A stretch of DNA of 64,000 nt, taken from Octopus sinensis. Taxonomy: Eukaryota. Made by a program: the position numbers and the translations under genes. Shown here one piece after another: positions 49,981 through 63,672 of this stretch (positions within the stretch are counted from its first letter, which is position 1; each line of letters begins with the position of its first letter). Under the pieces are notes generated by a model. It was not told the DNA's origin and did no database searches. It saw nothing but the letters and a program-made list of their open reading frames with translations. The DNA lies in the NCBI RefSeq assembly GCF_006345805.1, contig NC_043000.1, positions 33,170,001 to 33,234,000 on the forward strand. Direction: 5' to 3'.

Positions 49981-50659
49981 CAAATAATCAATCAGTCCAA
50001 AACAATTGTAGTTATAGAAGATTATTTATCGATAAAGCAAACCAGAAAATGACAGCCACCCCCTACAACTTCACCACCACCACCACCAGTCAATGTAATC
50101 TGTAAAACAGGTTGATGTCACGAAATGGTGAGCCGTGACGACTCCAGCATGGCCTAGCTTCATTTATTGTCTCTGGAGACCAGAACCTATGTTTTCCTCC
50201 GAATCTCGCATTTTTCTTTCACATATCGAAAGTAGTTTGATACACCACATACAGGAGACTCTCTCTCTCTCTCTCTCCCTTCCTCTCTCTCTCTTTTTCT
50301 CTCTCCCATCTCTCTGTCCCTCTTTCTCTCTCCCATTTTCTGTCTCTCCCTCGCCTCTCCGTCTTTTTCTCTCTCTCGCCCCGTCCCTATCTCTCTCTCT
50401 CTCCTCTCTTTCCCTTTACACATCCCCCCTCTATATATATCAGAATGTATATAGAGATACATATACAAACATACAGGCATGTACAAAATATTCGCGAGCG
50501 TGTGTGTGTGTGCGTACATGTGTCTGTATATACCTGGCAGTATGGAATAATTGGTAGAGTACAGGACAATTTATATTTTGTAGATTGTGTACTTTTAATT
50601 GAGTTTCAGACTTCTCGCTATTTCGATTTTACAGCAACTGCTAAAATATTCTAGCTTCG

Positions 50660-51180
50660 AAGGATCAGTTGGCTGCATGTAACAACAATCTTCTTAATAA
50701 CTTATCTTGCTATGAACCATTCCAAACCATTGGTAGTTGGTGTGTGTAGTCTATTTTCAGCCAATATGATTTTTATCTTGCAAGACAGCACTCTGAGTAG
50801 GGCTTTTGAAGATGAAAGTTGTTCAGAAAATATTTTTGTGGTTACAAATCATGTGTCTTACTCTGTATGACAAAGAATTGCTTGAGGCCGGAAATGGTGA
50901 GCATCATATTCATTTGTTTTCGTAGAAGATTACAGTTTTAACAACTGTCCAGGAAATATTGACCTTGTTGTTTGTTTTTAGTTTTAGATTCCAGATATAC
51001 TGGAACAAAGCTGTAGAATTTTCTTTGTTTCTGAACACGAAGGAGTGAGCATGCAGAATGTGTTTGTCTTTGAGCGTGTTTTCAGAGCAGCTAATATAAT
51101 TATTCACCTTTTCATTTGACAGTGATACTCTAACACGGTTGGCAACTGTCTGATTATTCACTGCTCTTAAATGTTTTATT
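50660..51180 (-). mobile_element. Penelope-like element GIY-YIG relic
   Basis: YISCSENTLKDKHILHAHSF...STALFQYIWNLK...NISWTVVK, followed by a degenerate CxLCxxEK region. Confidence 0.75.
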
Positions 51181-51924
51181 TTTTCAGTGGTACCCCACAG
51201 TTTTTCTTAGAAAGGATGTACTTGCTGTATACCATAACCTAAATCAGTATGACACAGACAAACTCGACACTAATTAACTATTTTTTTGATTAAAAAATTA
51301 CGTTAATTATAAACGTGAAGAAAGTATTTTTAAGATACAATATTTAACTTAAATACTGGCAAACACCACTCGCATCGTAATCCAAACAAACCAAGCAATA
51401 TACATTATGAAGTGCTTCGACCACTCCCTTACAATTATGCAGATAACTTTATCAAATTTACCATTCATCGAGTACAGAAATATTTAACAATGCTGCTCCT
51501 TACTAGAATAGAGAGCTAGGGGTAGTTTTAATATTATTTGATTAAAGGTATCCACATATCAGGTAGGACCTTCCTTACATTAATCATCACTCGTTATCCA
51601 ATTTTAGAAAGATCTTAGCAAATTTTCTGCTAATCAGGTATAATTCATACGGGTAATACATGATTACGAATCATTAACCACGCCAAAAATCTATGACCAC
51701 CACGCAAACACTTCAAACAGAATATAACTACGGAGGCTCGATTAGTGCCCTTTGAGTGTAAATTTCCTGTCAAAAGAGATTGTAAACACGACCGACCATA
51801 CTGTAAATGCGCACAAAGAGTTAAACTAAAATATCTTTCAAGCTAGAAGCACACTGACAGCACACTCATCTGTTTATGCCTAGAAATAAGTGCAATCTCA
51901 ATCGTTTCGGAAAGCATTTGGGCT

Positions 51925-52040
<116 letters not shown>

Positions 52041-52329
52041 TCCAGGATAAAATAGAGGATTACTTGCAGAGACAAAGGCCCACAACGACCGCGACACTGG
52101 GGATCTGAAAAAAAAAATCAACTTTTTGAAAGTATCCGATTGGTTTTGAACTCCTTTTCAACAAGAAAATTTCTCGCCACACCATTATGCAAAGAAACAT
52201 AGCAATGAAAACTTCCATTGTCCTCCAGTATCAGTGGATTTCAAACTGCACGCTGACGGAACTTAAGAACCGATACAGGGCAGTGGAATTTGGTGTTTGG
52301 GGTGGTAGTTTTTTGGGTAATTCGGGTGG

Positions 52330-52635
52330 CTGTAAAGGTGGTGGTGTTGGTGGTGGTGGTGGTGGTAACAAAGGTGTTGGTGGGGAGGGTGGGAGCGTTG
52401 ACGGTGGTGGCGGTGGTAGTGGTGGTGGTGGTGGTGGTTATGGTGGTAGTGGTTGTGTTGTGGCAGATGTGTTGGTGTTGACGCCGACGATGGTGACGAA
52501 TAAGTCGGGTAGAAGTCGCAGTTTCTTCTAACATCGTCATCATCATCATCATCATCACCACCACCAACATCACCACCATCATTGCAGTTGTCACCAATAT
52601 TATCAGCATTTTATTTAAAACAATTAATGAGAATT

Positions 52636-52670
<35 letters not shown>

Positions 52671-52705
52671 AATCAACACCACAAACAACAGCAGCAGCAG
52701 CAGTA
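52330..52705. repeat. (GGT)n/(CAT)n/(CAG)n low-complexity tract
   Basis: Visible directly; the Gly/Thr/Val/Ile-rich ORFs derive from it. Confidence 0.9.
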
Positions 52706-53434
52706 ATAGCAGTAAAGTTTTACAAAAAACTGCTCCAAGTATTTTTATGTCTTTTTTTTCTTGTGTTTTATTTTGTCTGTGTGCGGTGAGGGAGCAATGT
52801 AACTGACCCTTATCCTTTTCATTATCGACCCTAACCCTAACCCAAGACCTAACTTAATCCCACCCATTCAACACTTTGGAAGCTCCACCGCAACCAAAAT
52901 TTCTGTGACCCTTTTTTTTTTTCTGTAAAGTTCCCCTTGTTTAAGTCCCATTCTTCTTGAGTGAATCAGTTGTGTGTGTGTTCCCGGGCGACGTGATGAC
53001 AGCCTTGTTATAATGTCTCAACAGGGTTCCTGACTGACAACAACAACAACACAATCAACAATCTGTCAGAAACACAGTCACCTGTTGGACCCTAGGCCCC
53101 TTGATGCTCCCTTACTAACCCCTTGCAACAATACTGACAAATTGATCGGCCATGCTGAGGGGACCGTCGCTTTTTTCTGGACTGGTTTCTATCGACGCTA
53201 ATTACTCATTGTTTCGCTGGTTGGATACCTGGTGGTGGTTATGGCCGTCGTTGTCGGCGTCGTTGCAGTAGTAGTGGTTAGGATGGTGGTAATAGTGATG
53301 GTGATGGTGGAGTGGTGACATGGTCGACATTGGAGTAGTGGGAACAGCAGCAGCAGTAGTAGTACTAGTATAGTTCTAAGTTATTAAATATTGTTAATAT
53401 TAATGTTACACTTCATGTACTAGTGACGTACAAA

Positions 53435-53571
53435 CTACATAGTTGCGGGTTCAGTCCCACTGCATGGTACCTTGGGAAAGTGTCTTCTACTATAGCTTCG
53501 GGTCGACCAAAGCCCTGTGAGTGGATTTGGTTGACGGAAACTGAAAGAAGCCTGTCGTGTATATATATACT

Positions 53572-53611
<40 letters not shown>

Positions 53612-53835
53612 CAAACATATATGTGTGTGTGTGTCCGTGCTTGTCTCCCCACCATAGCTTGACAACTGGTGTTGGTGTGTTTATATCTCCGTAATATAGT
53701 GCTTTGGTAAAAGTGACCGATAGAATAAGTACTAAGCTTACAAAGAATAAGTCCTGAGGTCGATTTGTTCCACTAAAGGCGGTGCTCCAGCATGGCCACA
53801 ATCAAATGACTGAAACGAATAAAAGAGTAAAAGAA
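53435..53835 (+). mobile_element. SINE family A
   Basis: gggttcagtcccactgcatggtaccttggg...aaaggcggtgctccagcatggccacaatcaaatgactgaaacgaataaaagagtaaaaga. Confidence 0.9.
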
Positions 53836-54036
53836 TAACGTTATTATTGGCATACATACATACACATACATAATACACACATACATATATATATATATAC
53901 ACATACATATATATATATACACATATATATATATATACACATACATATATATATACACATATATATATATATACACATACATATATATATACACATACAT
54001 ATATATATATACACATACATATATATATACACATAT

Positions 54037-54415
54037 TCTCTCTATATAACGGCAGTTTGTCTTGGCGTGTTTCTGTGTTCTGTTTTCTCGTACCCTCACC
54101 CTGACCACGGCTTTCAACCGATTCTGATGAAACTTGACACACACATAGCCCAATGTCATAATTCAAAACTACGCAGCGAAAATTTTGAAAAGTTCCCCCA
54201 GTTCTGAAAAAAATCGATAAATTCGACATGGGGTCGAGAATAAAAAAAACAACCCACAGACTGTCTAGGGGACGCAACTCAACCTTTTATTACTCTCAAA
54301 AAAAAATTTACCATCATTTTTTTTCCATTTTTTTGCTATTTTTGGCTATACTCTCTAAAAATGCTTTATAGTTATTTCCCTTACAAACCTGAGCAACGCC
54401 GGGCGATACTGCTAG
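54037..54415 (+). mobile_element. Helitron-like non-autonomous element
   Basis: 5' TC, 3' hairpin + CTAG|T. Shares its last ~120 nt with 42806-43188. Inserted in a TA microsatellite. Confidence 0.75.
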
Positions 54416-54798
54416 TATATATATATATACCATACATATATATATACACATATATATATCTACACATACATATATATATTATACACAACATATATAATAC
54501 ACATACATATATATATATATATATATACATACATATATATATACACATATATATAACACATACAATATATATATATATATACATACATATATATACCATA
54601 TATATACACATGCATATATATACACATACATATTATACATATATACACATACATATATATACATATATATACACATACATATATATATATACACATACAT
54701 ATATATACACATACATATATATATATATACATACATATATATATACACATACATATATATATATATACACACACATACATATATATATATACACATAC

Positions 54799-54829
<31 letters not shown>

Positions 54830-54840
54830 TATATATATAT

Positions 54841-54872
<32 letters not shown>

Positions 54873-54975
54873 CACACACATATATATATATACACATACA
54901 TATATATATATATACACACACATATATATATATATACACATACATATATATATATATACACATACATATATATAT

Positions 54976-55050
<75 letters not shown>

Positions 55051-55066
55051 CATACATACATACATA
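54416..55066. repeat. TA/TACA compound microsatellite
   Basis: Visible directly. Confidence 0.97.
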
Positions 55067-56070
55067 CAGGGGTTGGACAAAATAATGGTAACACCTAGCA
55101 TCATAGCATCATAATTTTGAAATACTTCTAAAACCATCAAAAGGTTGTTTATTTTTTTTTTGTTTTTGATTCATTATTAGTGTTACTTAATGCTTTGCTA
55201 AAATTGCTGTTTCTTTTCAGATGTCATCAGAAAAAGGCCATTAAAATTCATTAAAATGATAGATCTATCGGACTTTCAAAGAGGTCAAATTGTTGGTGCT
55301 CGTATGGCAGGCGTTAGCGTAGCGAAAACAGCCGATATGTTTGGTGTATCAAGAAGTGTCTCGAAAGTAATGACAGTCTTTGAGAAAAAGGAAAAAAAAA
55401 CCTCCTCGTCGAAACAAAACTCTGGAAGAAAACAAAAACTTTCAGATAGGGTCCGTCGGATTCTTATGCGAATTGTTAGAAAGGATCACGAAAGTACAGC
55501 TCCCAAAATTACTGCAAGATTAATGACCACCTTAGGAACCAAGTTTCCTCAAAAAACTGTTTGCCGGGAAATGCACAAAGCCGGATTTCACGGGAGGGCT
55601 GCAATCACAAAACAACTACTTTCAAAAACAAACGTTGCAAAGCTTTAGAGTGGAGTAAAAACCTACAGAATTGGTCCCTAGAGCAGTGGAAGAATATTAT
55701 TTTCTCGGACGAGTCATTCTTTACCTTATTTCCGACCACAGGCCGAGTATACCTGTGAAGACAGCCAAAAGAAGCATTTGACCAAGACTGCCTTCTTCCA
55801 ACTGTTAAACATGGAGAAGGATCTGTTATGATCTGGGGGGGGGGGCTATATCTTGGAAATCCGCCGGCTCAATGGTTTTCCTTCATAGAAGAATTAATAG
55901 TCAAAACTGTTTAAACATTTTATCTGATCAAATTCATCCTATGTTTGCGGAACTGTTTCCGGAGTGACACAATCTTTCAGGATGATAATGCACCAATTCA
56001 CAAAGCTAAAGTTGTTACTGAATGGCACGAGGAACATTCTAGTGAAGTTGAACATCTTATCTGACCACCA
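55067..56070 (+). mobile_element. Tc1 transposon with a frameshifted transposase, 3'-truncated
   Basis: TA|CAGGGGTTGGACAAAATAATGG left end. MIDLSDFQRGQIVGARMAG (HTH), WKNIIFSDES, VKHGEGSVMIWG, FQDDNAPIHKAK; breaks off at HLI*PP. Confidence 0.92.
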
Positions 56071-56391
56071 CATCTTATCTGGCCGTCCTCCAGCATGGTC
56101 GCAGTCCAGTGACTGAAGCAAATAAAAGACAGAATGCACTTTCCCTGCGCGTCAGAATTCGCATTCAAAAGTTGACCGTTGATTGTGAAATAGCGAATCT
56201 CTAGGAATTCATAAAGAATGCTTGAATTGTTAAAATGTCCCATACTTCACCTGCGTTAACCAAGGGAAAAACCAACCAATGAAAAGCGTTGGATAATTAT
56301 TTCCGCAATAAATGCAAATGGCGATTAAAGTGTGTGAAAACTTCGGATTTAAGCCCACATCTACACTTGCATACAATACACTCAAGAAATG

Positions 56392-56841
56392 TGTGTATGT
56401 GTGTATATATGTATATATATATATGTAAATATGTATATATATATATATGTAAATATGTATATATATGTGTGTATATGTATATATATATATGTGTGTATGT
56501 ATAAGTGTATGTATATATATATGTGTATATGTATATATATATGTGTATATATATATATATATGTGTGTATATATATATGTGTATATATGTATGTATATAT
56601 ATATATGTATATATATATATATGTATATATATATATAATATATGTATATATATATATATGTATGTATATATATGTATATATGTGTGTGTATATATATATG
56701 TGTGTGTGTATATATATATATATATATGTGTGTGTATATACATATATATATATATGTGTGTATATACATATATATGTGTGTGTGTATACATTATGTGTGT
56801 GTATATACATATATGTGTGTGTATATACATATATATATGTG

Positions 56842-56876
<35 letters not shown>

Positions 56877-56895
56877 GTATATATATACACACACA
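56392..56895. repeat. TA/TG compound microsatellite
   Basis: Visible directly. Confidence 0.97.
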
Positions 56896-57336
56896 TGCAT
56901 TCAACCAAACATATATGCAATATGTCACGTTTTAACATGAGATTTCTACAATCATTAAAAAAGTGACTTATTTGTTATTCAACAAAGTTTAATGTTATCA
57001 TCATAAGCAACCTATGATTATGAATTCGCTTTTGCCATAAATCTCTTAAAAACGTATGAGATAAGGACACACTCAAGCCTTAAAGGAAATAAATATTGCA
57101 GCTTTATTTCGGAACTGGTATATTATTATATAGACATAGGAGAGTAAACAATGTGCGAACAATGGAATCGATAGAGGAACGTTAATTGGTCATGCAATAC
57201 ATATTGAGGGAGTTCTCTCTCTCTCTCTCTCCCGACAAAAGAAAAATCATAAAACATTTTTTAAATATCATCGGTGAAGAGCTTGTGTCGTACGCTGTGT
57301 GTATGTATGCACGTTTGTGTATATCTATTTATTTCC

Positions 57337-57419
<83 letters not shown>

Positions 57420-58289
57420 GGGTGGGGGGGGTATTAATCGATATGTGGGTATTCTATTTCAGATAATACAAATATAATCTAATGAGTATATCTTACACTA
57501 AACTCATCGTATCAGCTTGCAAATCACGAAATGATATTTAAGGGATATAACCAAAATTTCAAGCTGGGTATATAATATACTTCATTAATTATATCATACT
57601 TTAGTTAATACTTATATTTATTAAATGTGAAGGAACTACACGTGCTTCAGTATTGAAAGATTATAATATATACACATATACACGACTGTATAGCCATACA
57701 TATAGATATAAAAATACCTCGTATGCAATCGTCAGACTTACAATTATTCCAACACATCTTCAGGTTCTATTTCAAAATATCATATATCTAATTTTACATC
57801 CCTTTAGAATAAGCAATACAATTAAGCATTAAAGCTTAAAAATTACGAATTAAAAATTAAGAATAAAAATTATACTTTGTAATATTAAGAATTAAATTTT
57901 ATAAATTATACATTATAAATATGACTGTATATATCAATCATGTCAAATACAGAATGTGAGATTTTAGATTAAACATCAGAATAAAAATGTCTGTGTTTAA
58001 ATGTGATATATAACAAGAAAAATCCAAATACATGTGTTCCTTTTTTTGCTGGCACTAAAATGATGATTTGAGGAAGATAGCAGGGAACTATGGGTATTTA
58101 TATGTGATTAGCACCAGGGAGGGGGGGATAATTACACAATACTTAGTTTTAATTTTAAATTATCCTCTATTATTATTTTCAAATTTACCTGTATTTGGGT
58201 GGTATATCTAATTTATTATGTAATTTTAGTAATGTTTAATTCATATATTTATTATATTTAAATTATTGCATTATTTTTTATCATTTATT

Positions 58290-59065
58290 CATATAGTCTA
58301 TTCAAGTGCTTTAGAAATAAAATTATGTGGTTATTTGATTCAGGGGTTAGGGGATCAGTACTTCATTTTACTAAATGTAAAATCACTTCGGTGCCTACAT
58401 TTTACTCCTCGTTCATCATGTGTGCTTAGTAATTTATCTCTAGACTATAGTAGTTTCATAAATTCAATTATGCATAATAAACACATTTTTCCCAATATTA
58501 TAGGCGTCGCCTCTACCTATACTCCAATTAAGGGTGTACTCTCTTTTTCTAGATTTTAATTCGTATATGTATTTACTTAAGCCTGTAAAATTACTTAAAT
58601 TGGAATTTTTAAAGGTCCGGTAGTGTTGGGATATTTTTTAAAAAATTTCATTAGTTGTTGATCCAATATAAGCCTTATTTATAATTTTATTATTGTTTTT
58701 AAAGCTAACTATACATTTTTAAATTACATTATCAATATTACAATTATTAGAAAGCTTACATTTAGTCTTATCACGACATGAATATTTTTCTATATGTTGA
58801 TTAAGACTTCTATCACTATCGGTTATATTATGGCTACAGCTATTACTTATTATGCTATTATGATAATTATTTAATTTCTTATTATTTATAGAGGAAATGA
58901 TATTGCCTACGTTTTTTGATGTTGAGTATCCCACTCCTATGGTTTTATTGGAAAATATATTTGAATGACTAGTGTCATTAAAAAAAACACATTTTTACTA
59001 TTTTAAGTGTCTTCTTAATAATATTAGTCAAAACTTGATCTCCATACGGAATAATTAACCACATA
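58290..59065 (-). mobile_element. Penelope-like element C-terminal relic (linker + GIY-YIG endonuclease)
   Basis: WLIIPY...TNII, GYSTSKNVGNIISSINNK, SCRDKTKCKLSNNCNIDNVI, AYIGSTTNE, GLSKYIYELK...LNWSI...AYNIGKMC. Confidence 0.85.
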
Positions 59066-59406
59066 ATATCTTTTATATTTTTTATATTATCATTATTAGT
59101 AGACATCATCGGTATTATTACCCCGCAGTGGGACTGAACCAGGAACCATGTGGTTGGGAAGCAAGCTTCTTAAATTGGTTCATAATTGATACCAGCTTTC
59201 ATTGGAATCGAACCTGAAATATTGAAGTAGCAAACTAATTTCTTGTAAAAGATACATATCAGCTCTTTACTATTTTAAAAACTAACATCACCGGACGTTC
59301 AACATTTTTTTAATGATATGGTTTTGAAACATCTTTATCTTGGAGACCAATTATACCTACAATTTCATTCCATCAGGTGTGTGTATTATATATTTATTTT
59401 GTGTGT

Positions 59407-59445
<39 letters not shown>

Positions 59446-59784
59446 ATTTATGCGGACTTCCGGTGGGGAATTGATCCATTGTAGTGACCTCTTGTCGGAT
59501 TAAGCCTTGTTCGTTTAAACCGAACTCTGTTATTCAAGCATAACCGACAGACTTGCGGTTCATTAGGGTATTATTAATGGAGAGAGGAGAGGGAAGAGGG
59601 AGCAGGATAGAAGAAGAGGGAGAGGAAGAAGAAGAAGAAGAAATGGTGAACGAGTACTGAGATGAAATGCTTCAAGTGATAACAAAAGTGCTTACTTGAG
59701 CAACATTAAACGCCAAAACACACACACACACGTATGTGTTTTTGTGTGTGTGGTCAACGTGTGGACTTAACCGGACACACACAA

Positions 59785-59928
59785 TACATATGTTCCGGAT
59801 TCAGTCCCACAGCGTGGTACCTTGATCGAGTGGTTTCTGCTATGGCCTCGGGCTAACCAAGGCCTTATGAGTGGATTTTGTAAACGAAAACCGAAAGAAG
59901 CCAATAGACTTATACACACACACGTACA

Positions 59929-59963
<35 letters not shown>

Positions 59964-60190
59964 CACATATATGCATATATGTATGTATTTATGTATTTGC
60001 TTCTTTATGCGTGTCTCCACCACCACTTGACAACCGGTGCTGGTTTATTTACGTCCCCGTAAGCTAGAGGTTCAGCAAGAGAGACCTATAGAATAAGCAC
60101 TAGGCTACTATTGGGGTCGATTTGTTCAAGTAAACCTTTCAAGGTGGTGCACCATCATGGCCGCAGGACAATGGCTGAAATAAGTGAAAG
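59785..60190 (+). mobile_element. SINE family A, diverged
   Basis: ggattcagtcccacagcgtggtaccttg...cttgacaaccggtgctgg...ggtggtgcaccatcatggccgcag. Confidence 0.8.
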
Positions 60191-60239
60191 GTAAACGACA
60201 TATGTACATTTATAGAAGACCTCCATTCGGTCTTGAATG

Positions 60240-60545
60240 GCCTTGGGATTGAACCTAGACAATTCCCCTCCGAGGCATAATTCTGAGCAAGGTTGTTTAT
60301 GGAAGACCAACAGTCGCTTATGCATACCAGCCTCCACACCACTAATGTTATCCAAGGGAAAGGCAAAGGCCGATACAACTTGGCACCAGTGACATCACAG
60401 CTCATTTCTACAGCTGAGTGAACCGGAGCAACGTGAAATAAAGCGTCTTGATCAAAAACACAACGCACAATCCAGTCTGAGAATCGAACTCACTACCTCA
60501 TGATTGTGAGCCCTATGCTCTAACCACTGAGCCATGCACCTTCAC
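60240..60545 (-). mobile_element. SINE family D (CORE-type)
   Basis: Reverse complement of the 10407-10750 element, with an intact A box (tggctcagtggttagagc) and B box (gagttcgattc). Confidence 0.85.
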
Positions 60546-61469
60546 ATAGATATATAAATATACATACATACATACATATTTATGTCGTGTGTACCGTTAG
60601 ATGTACGACTCCCACTGTACGAGTTAGAGCTCCACGTAGATTATCATTCTCCAGTCAGCTTCCACTATGATCATTAGTCGACCACGGTACTTAGCAATGT
60701 TATTTGATATGATATTGAGAGCATATGTCGTGGAAAATTAGAATAAACCGCGGTATGACTATTTAGTTCCTGCATACGTTTCACCATGGCACTTATTTGG
60801 AATGCATCACTAGATGTTCCAAGTGCATTTGGATACCTAATCGCAATGGATCATCCGGGGAACATCTTATTGCATTCTGTTGCAGAGATCCGATACAGAG
60901 ATATTAAGTCTCTGTAACGGAATACAAGAAAGTTGTAAAAATGTGTTGCCTTCTAAACAGACTTATTGAGCATCAAACCATATTTAAGCCATTTTTTGTG
61001 TCTAATTAAAAGCAATTTCTAATTCAGGTTCAAATCTAATGGCTTGGTAGATATGGTTAATCGATTAGACGGGCCTTAATAAATAACTGGTATTTCATTG
61101 AAAAATAAAAACTTTGGTGTCGGCGGGATTTGAAAATAGAGTGTGAAAAAAAAACAGCAAATACAAAATGAGTTTTTATCCAACGACCCGGACAGTAAGT
61201 GCCATCCAAGGCTCTGCCGCTCATAATAACATTGGTATTGATACAGTTGTTTCATAAGAAAGGGAAATATCCCTAACCCCTAAAGTTCTGTAAATACGTT
61301 TTTATGTATACGTTTAATATTTACAAAGCATTTAATATTTATCTATAAATATACGTTTATATTTATATAATATTTCGATATTAATTATTTTATAAATATT
61401 AAACGTATATTGGGCTAGTATTGGCTGTGAAAGAGAATTGGTGAACCACAAATTGAGTAGAATACTGAA

Positions 61470-61592
61470 GTTACCATCCTTTGGAATTTCAGCGTTCAAC
61501 CTGATCGGGAAATTCAGGTGAACTGACCAGATGTCCTCGTGAAAAATCATGTTGAAAAGACGTGTCTTTTGATAGCTGTGGCAGCCATAAAA
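61470..61592 (+). mobile_element. R4-clade RLE fragment (second subfamily)
   Basis: VTILWNFSVQPDREIQVN*PDVLVKNHVEKTCLLIAVA resembles ILWDFxIxTDRxIxxNRPDIVxxDxxxKxCLLIDV. Confidence 0.7.
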
Positions 61593-61786
61593 GAAAAACA
61601 ACTTCCATTCTGCTCGGCGAAAGGAGGAAATGGATGACATTGTAAAAGCTTTTCATAAATTCTTTTCTTATCGACTGAGATAACAAAGGATACCTAAAAG
61701 TGCAATGATTTGAATAATAGTAATTGGTCGTAATCGAATCTCTGACCGGGCACTATTCTAAACCCGTTAGTTTTATAAAAATTAGT

Positions 61787-62231
61787 ATCTTTTTGGTTTG
61801 ACCGGCAGTTTTTTTTAATAATTTCCACGTAACTAAAACTTTTAAACTTCGTATACTGGTAGAATGTGTTTATAAAACATCTTTTTCTCTTGGCTTTATT
61901 GAGAAAATTCTATTGTTTGTAAGATATTTGTTGTTGTTTTTCTTCAATTTCTGCAATTTCAACCAATCAATGACGTCTATTGAGGTGAAAACATTCTGTG
62001 CCGCATGAATATGTCCCTCGTTTAAGAAACAGATTGGGTTTATTTACATTTCTGAAGAAAAAAAAGATACCCTTCCTCCCACCCCTAACCCTAACTAATG
62101 CTAACCCTAACTAATGCTAACTCTAACCCTAAAACATATTGAAATGCAATAGATCGATACTAGGGTCATAATTATGGTTGACAATTTCATATGACACCGC
62201 TAGAAAAAACTGCCGTTCAAACCGAAAAGAT
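61787..62231. mobile_element. MITE with ~28-bp TIRs and internal (CTAACC)-like repeats
   Basis: atctttttggtttgaccggcagtttttt / aaaaaactgccgttcaaaccgaaaagat; cctaaccctaa runs at ~62083-62132. Confidence 0.75.
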
Positions 62232-62318
62232 CCATAATTTATATATTTTAAAATCAAAATAATTTATTTAATATAAAAATGAGCCAGGACTGGACGAAAC
62301 ATTGCTTCGGGTTGTATG

Positions 62319-62401
62319 TTTGATACCTCTACGCTGTAGAACAATAATTACCAGGTGAGTTTCAAGTAGCAATTATTGTTCTATGGACCAGAGGTATCAA
62401 A
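62319..62401 (+). other. Pre-miRNA-sized stem-loop in unique sequence
   Basis: 31-bp stem (12 bp + 3x3 internal loop + 16 bp including two G-U pairs) with a ~21-nt terminal loop. Confidence 0.4.
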
Positions 62402-63499
62402 AAAGATCTTAGAAATATCATAAGAAAATTTCACTAACGGACAAGATAAAAAAATCTAGGAACGCGTAAATATGGTGGTTTATTTTTCAAGGATTTTATT
62501 TTTTCTGGATAACGTATCTTCTTAAATATGCTTGATGCGTATTTTATTGGTTTCCGTGGGTAAGAGAAATTCCAGGAACGCCCAGATTTGGCTACGCTCC
62601 TGCGTACACTCACGCACACCAATTCACATACATACATGCATGTATACACACGCCTTGCTGTCTACATTTCTGTATGTATACACTTCTGTATGTCTATATA
62701 TTTCTTTAAATATATACGTACGATTTTGTAGTTATGTGTGTATATGTAGTTAAGTGCTGTATATGTGTGTGTGCGTGTGTGTGTGAGTGCGTGTGATGCC
62801 CATGTTTAGTCGTCGCCAGCTACTAGGTGTTTATTTATTCATTAGTCAATGTAGCCGGCCAGTCATTCGGCTGTAAGAACGGCGTTGTTATGGGTTACGA
62901 AGAGCGTCTTGATTAACTCAACTCATTGCCGATGAAAAGCAAAGTAATGTGGCCTTTTTTCACCTCCTCCTCCTCCTCCTGTTTTCTCTTCCTCTTATGT
63001 CTGACTGTTTCACGCTTTAATAAACATCGTCAGATTGTTCACATACCGTGTCCAACTGAGAAAAAAGTTGCAAGGTTTAAAGAAGAGCAACATACTTCTC
63101 TCTCCAACCGCCCTCTCTCTCTCTCTCGTCATTTCATCAGACAGTTTCACAGTAAGGAGAGACACTTAAACAGCTGGATGACACACACACACACTTACAT
63201 ATACAACAGATATCAACATATGTATTGTTGCTGCTGCTGCTGTTTAACCCGAGGTCAAGCAATGATCAAAGTTCTGCCCACCTCCAGCCATCCAGTCTTT
63301 TTAATGCCATGGGGGAAGAGTACATTATCTAATGAGTCCTTTCCTTATTTAAGATAGCAGAGTGGGATTTTGGAGAGCTTTGGCTTCTTTTTCTAGCGGG
63401 TCGATCGACCACATTATGGCATGCACATTGGCTCCTGTATGTGCATGTGTGTGTATATGTAAGGATATAGATGTGTGTATGTCTGTGTATAGTGGTTGT

Positions 63500-63672
63500 T
63501 GAGTGAAGGCATACATAGCCGGATGGTTAAGAAGTTTACAAACCTTAAGACATTAGGTTTGATTCCACAACGCATCAACTTGATCACATGTCTTCCCTGA
63601 AACCCTTGGGTCAACTCAAAATGTGCGAGGACTGAAATTGGCTTGATGGAAACTGTGCAGAAGCCCATCGAT
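63500..63672 (+). mobile_element. Old SINE head (family A/D-like)
   Basis: gtgaaggc...ggatggttaagaagttt...ggtttgattcc...gatggaaactgtgcagaagcccatcg. Confidence 0.55.

Noticed and set aside
56297-56386. C-x2-C-x12-H-x3-H spacing ([23 protein letters not shown])
   Set aside because: A single finger lacking the conserved aromatic residue and any TGEKP linker, with no good acceptor; it runs straight out of a microsatellite and is probably chance.
57690-57775. Minus-strand CTGAAGATG hammerhead-like start
   Set aside because: No GAAA at the required position and no convincing stems.
62083-62132. True telomere or chromosome-fusion site
   Set aside because: Only a few degenerate CCCTAA units, lying inside a TIR element.
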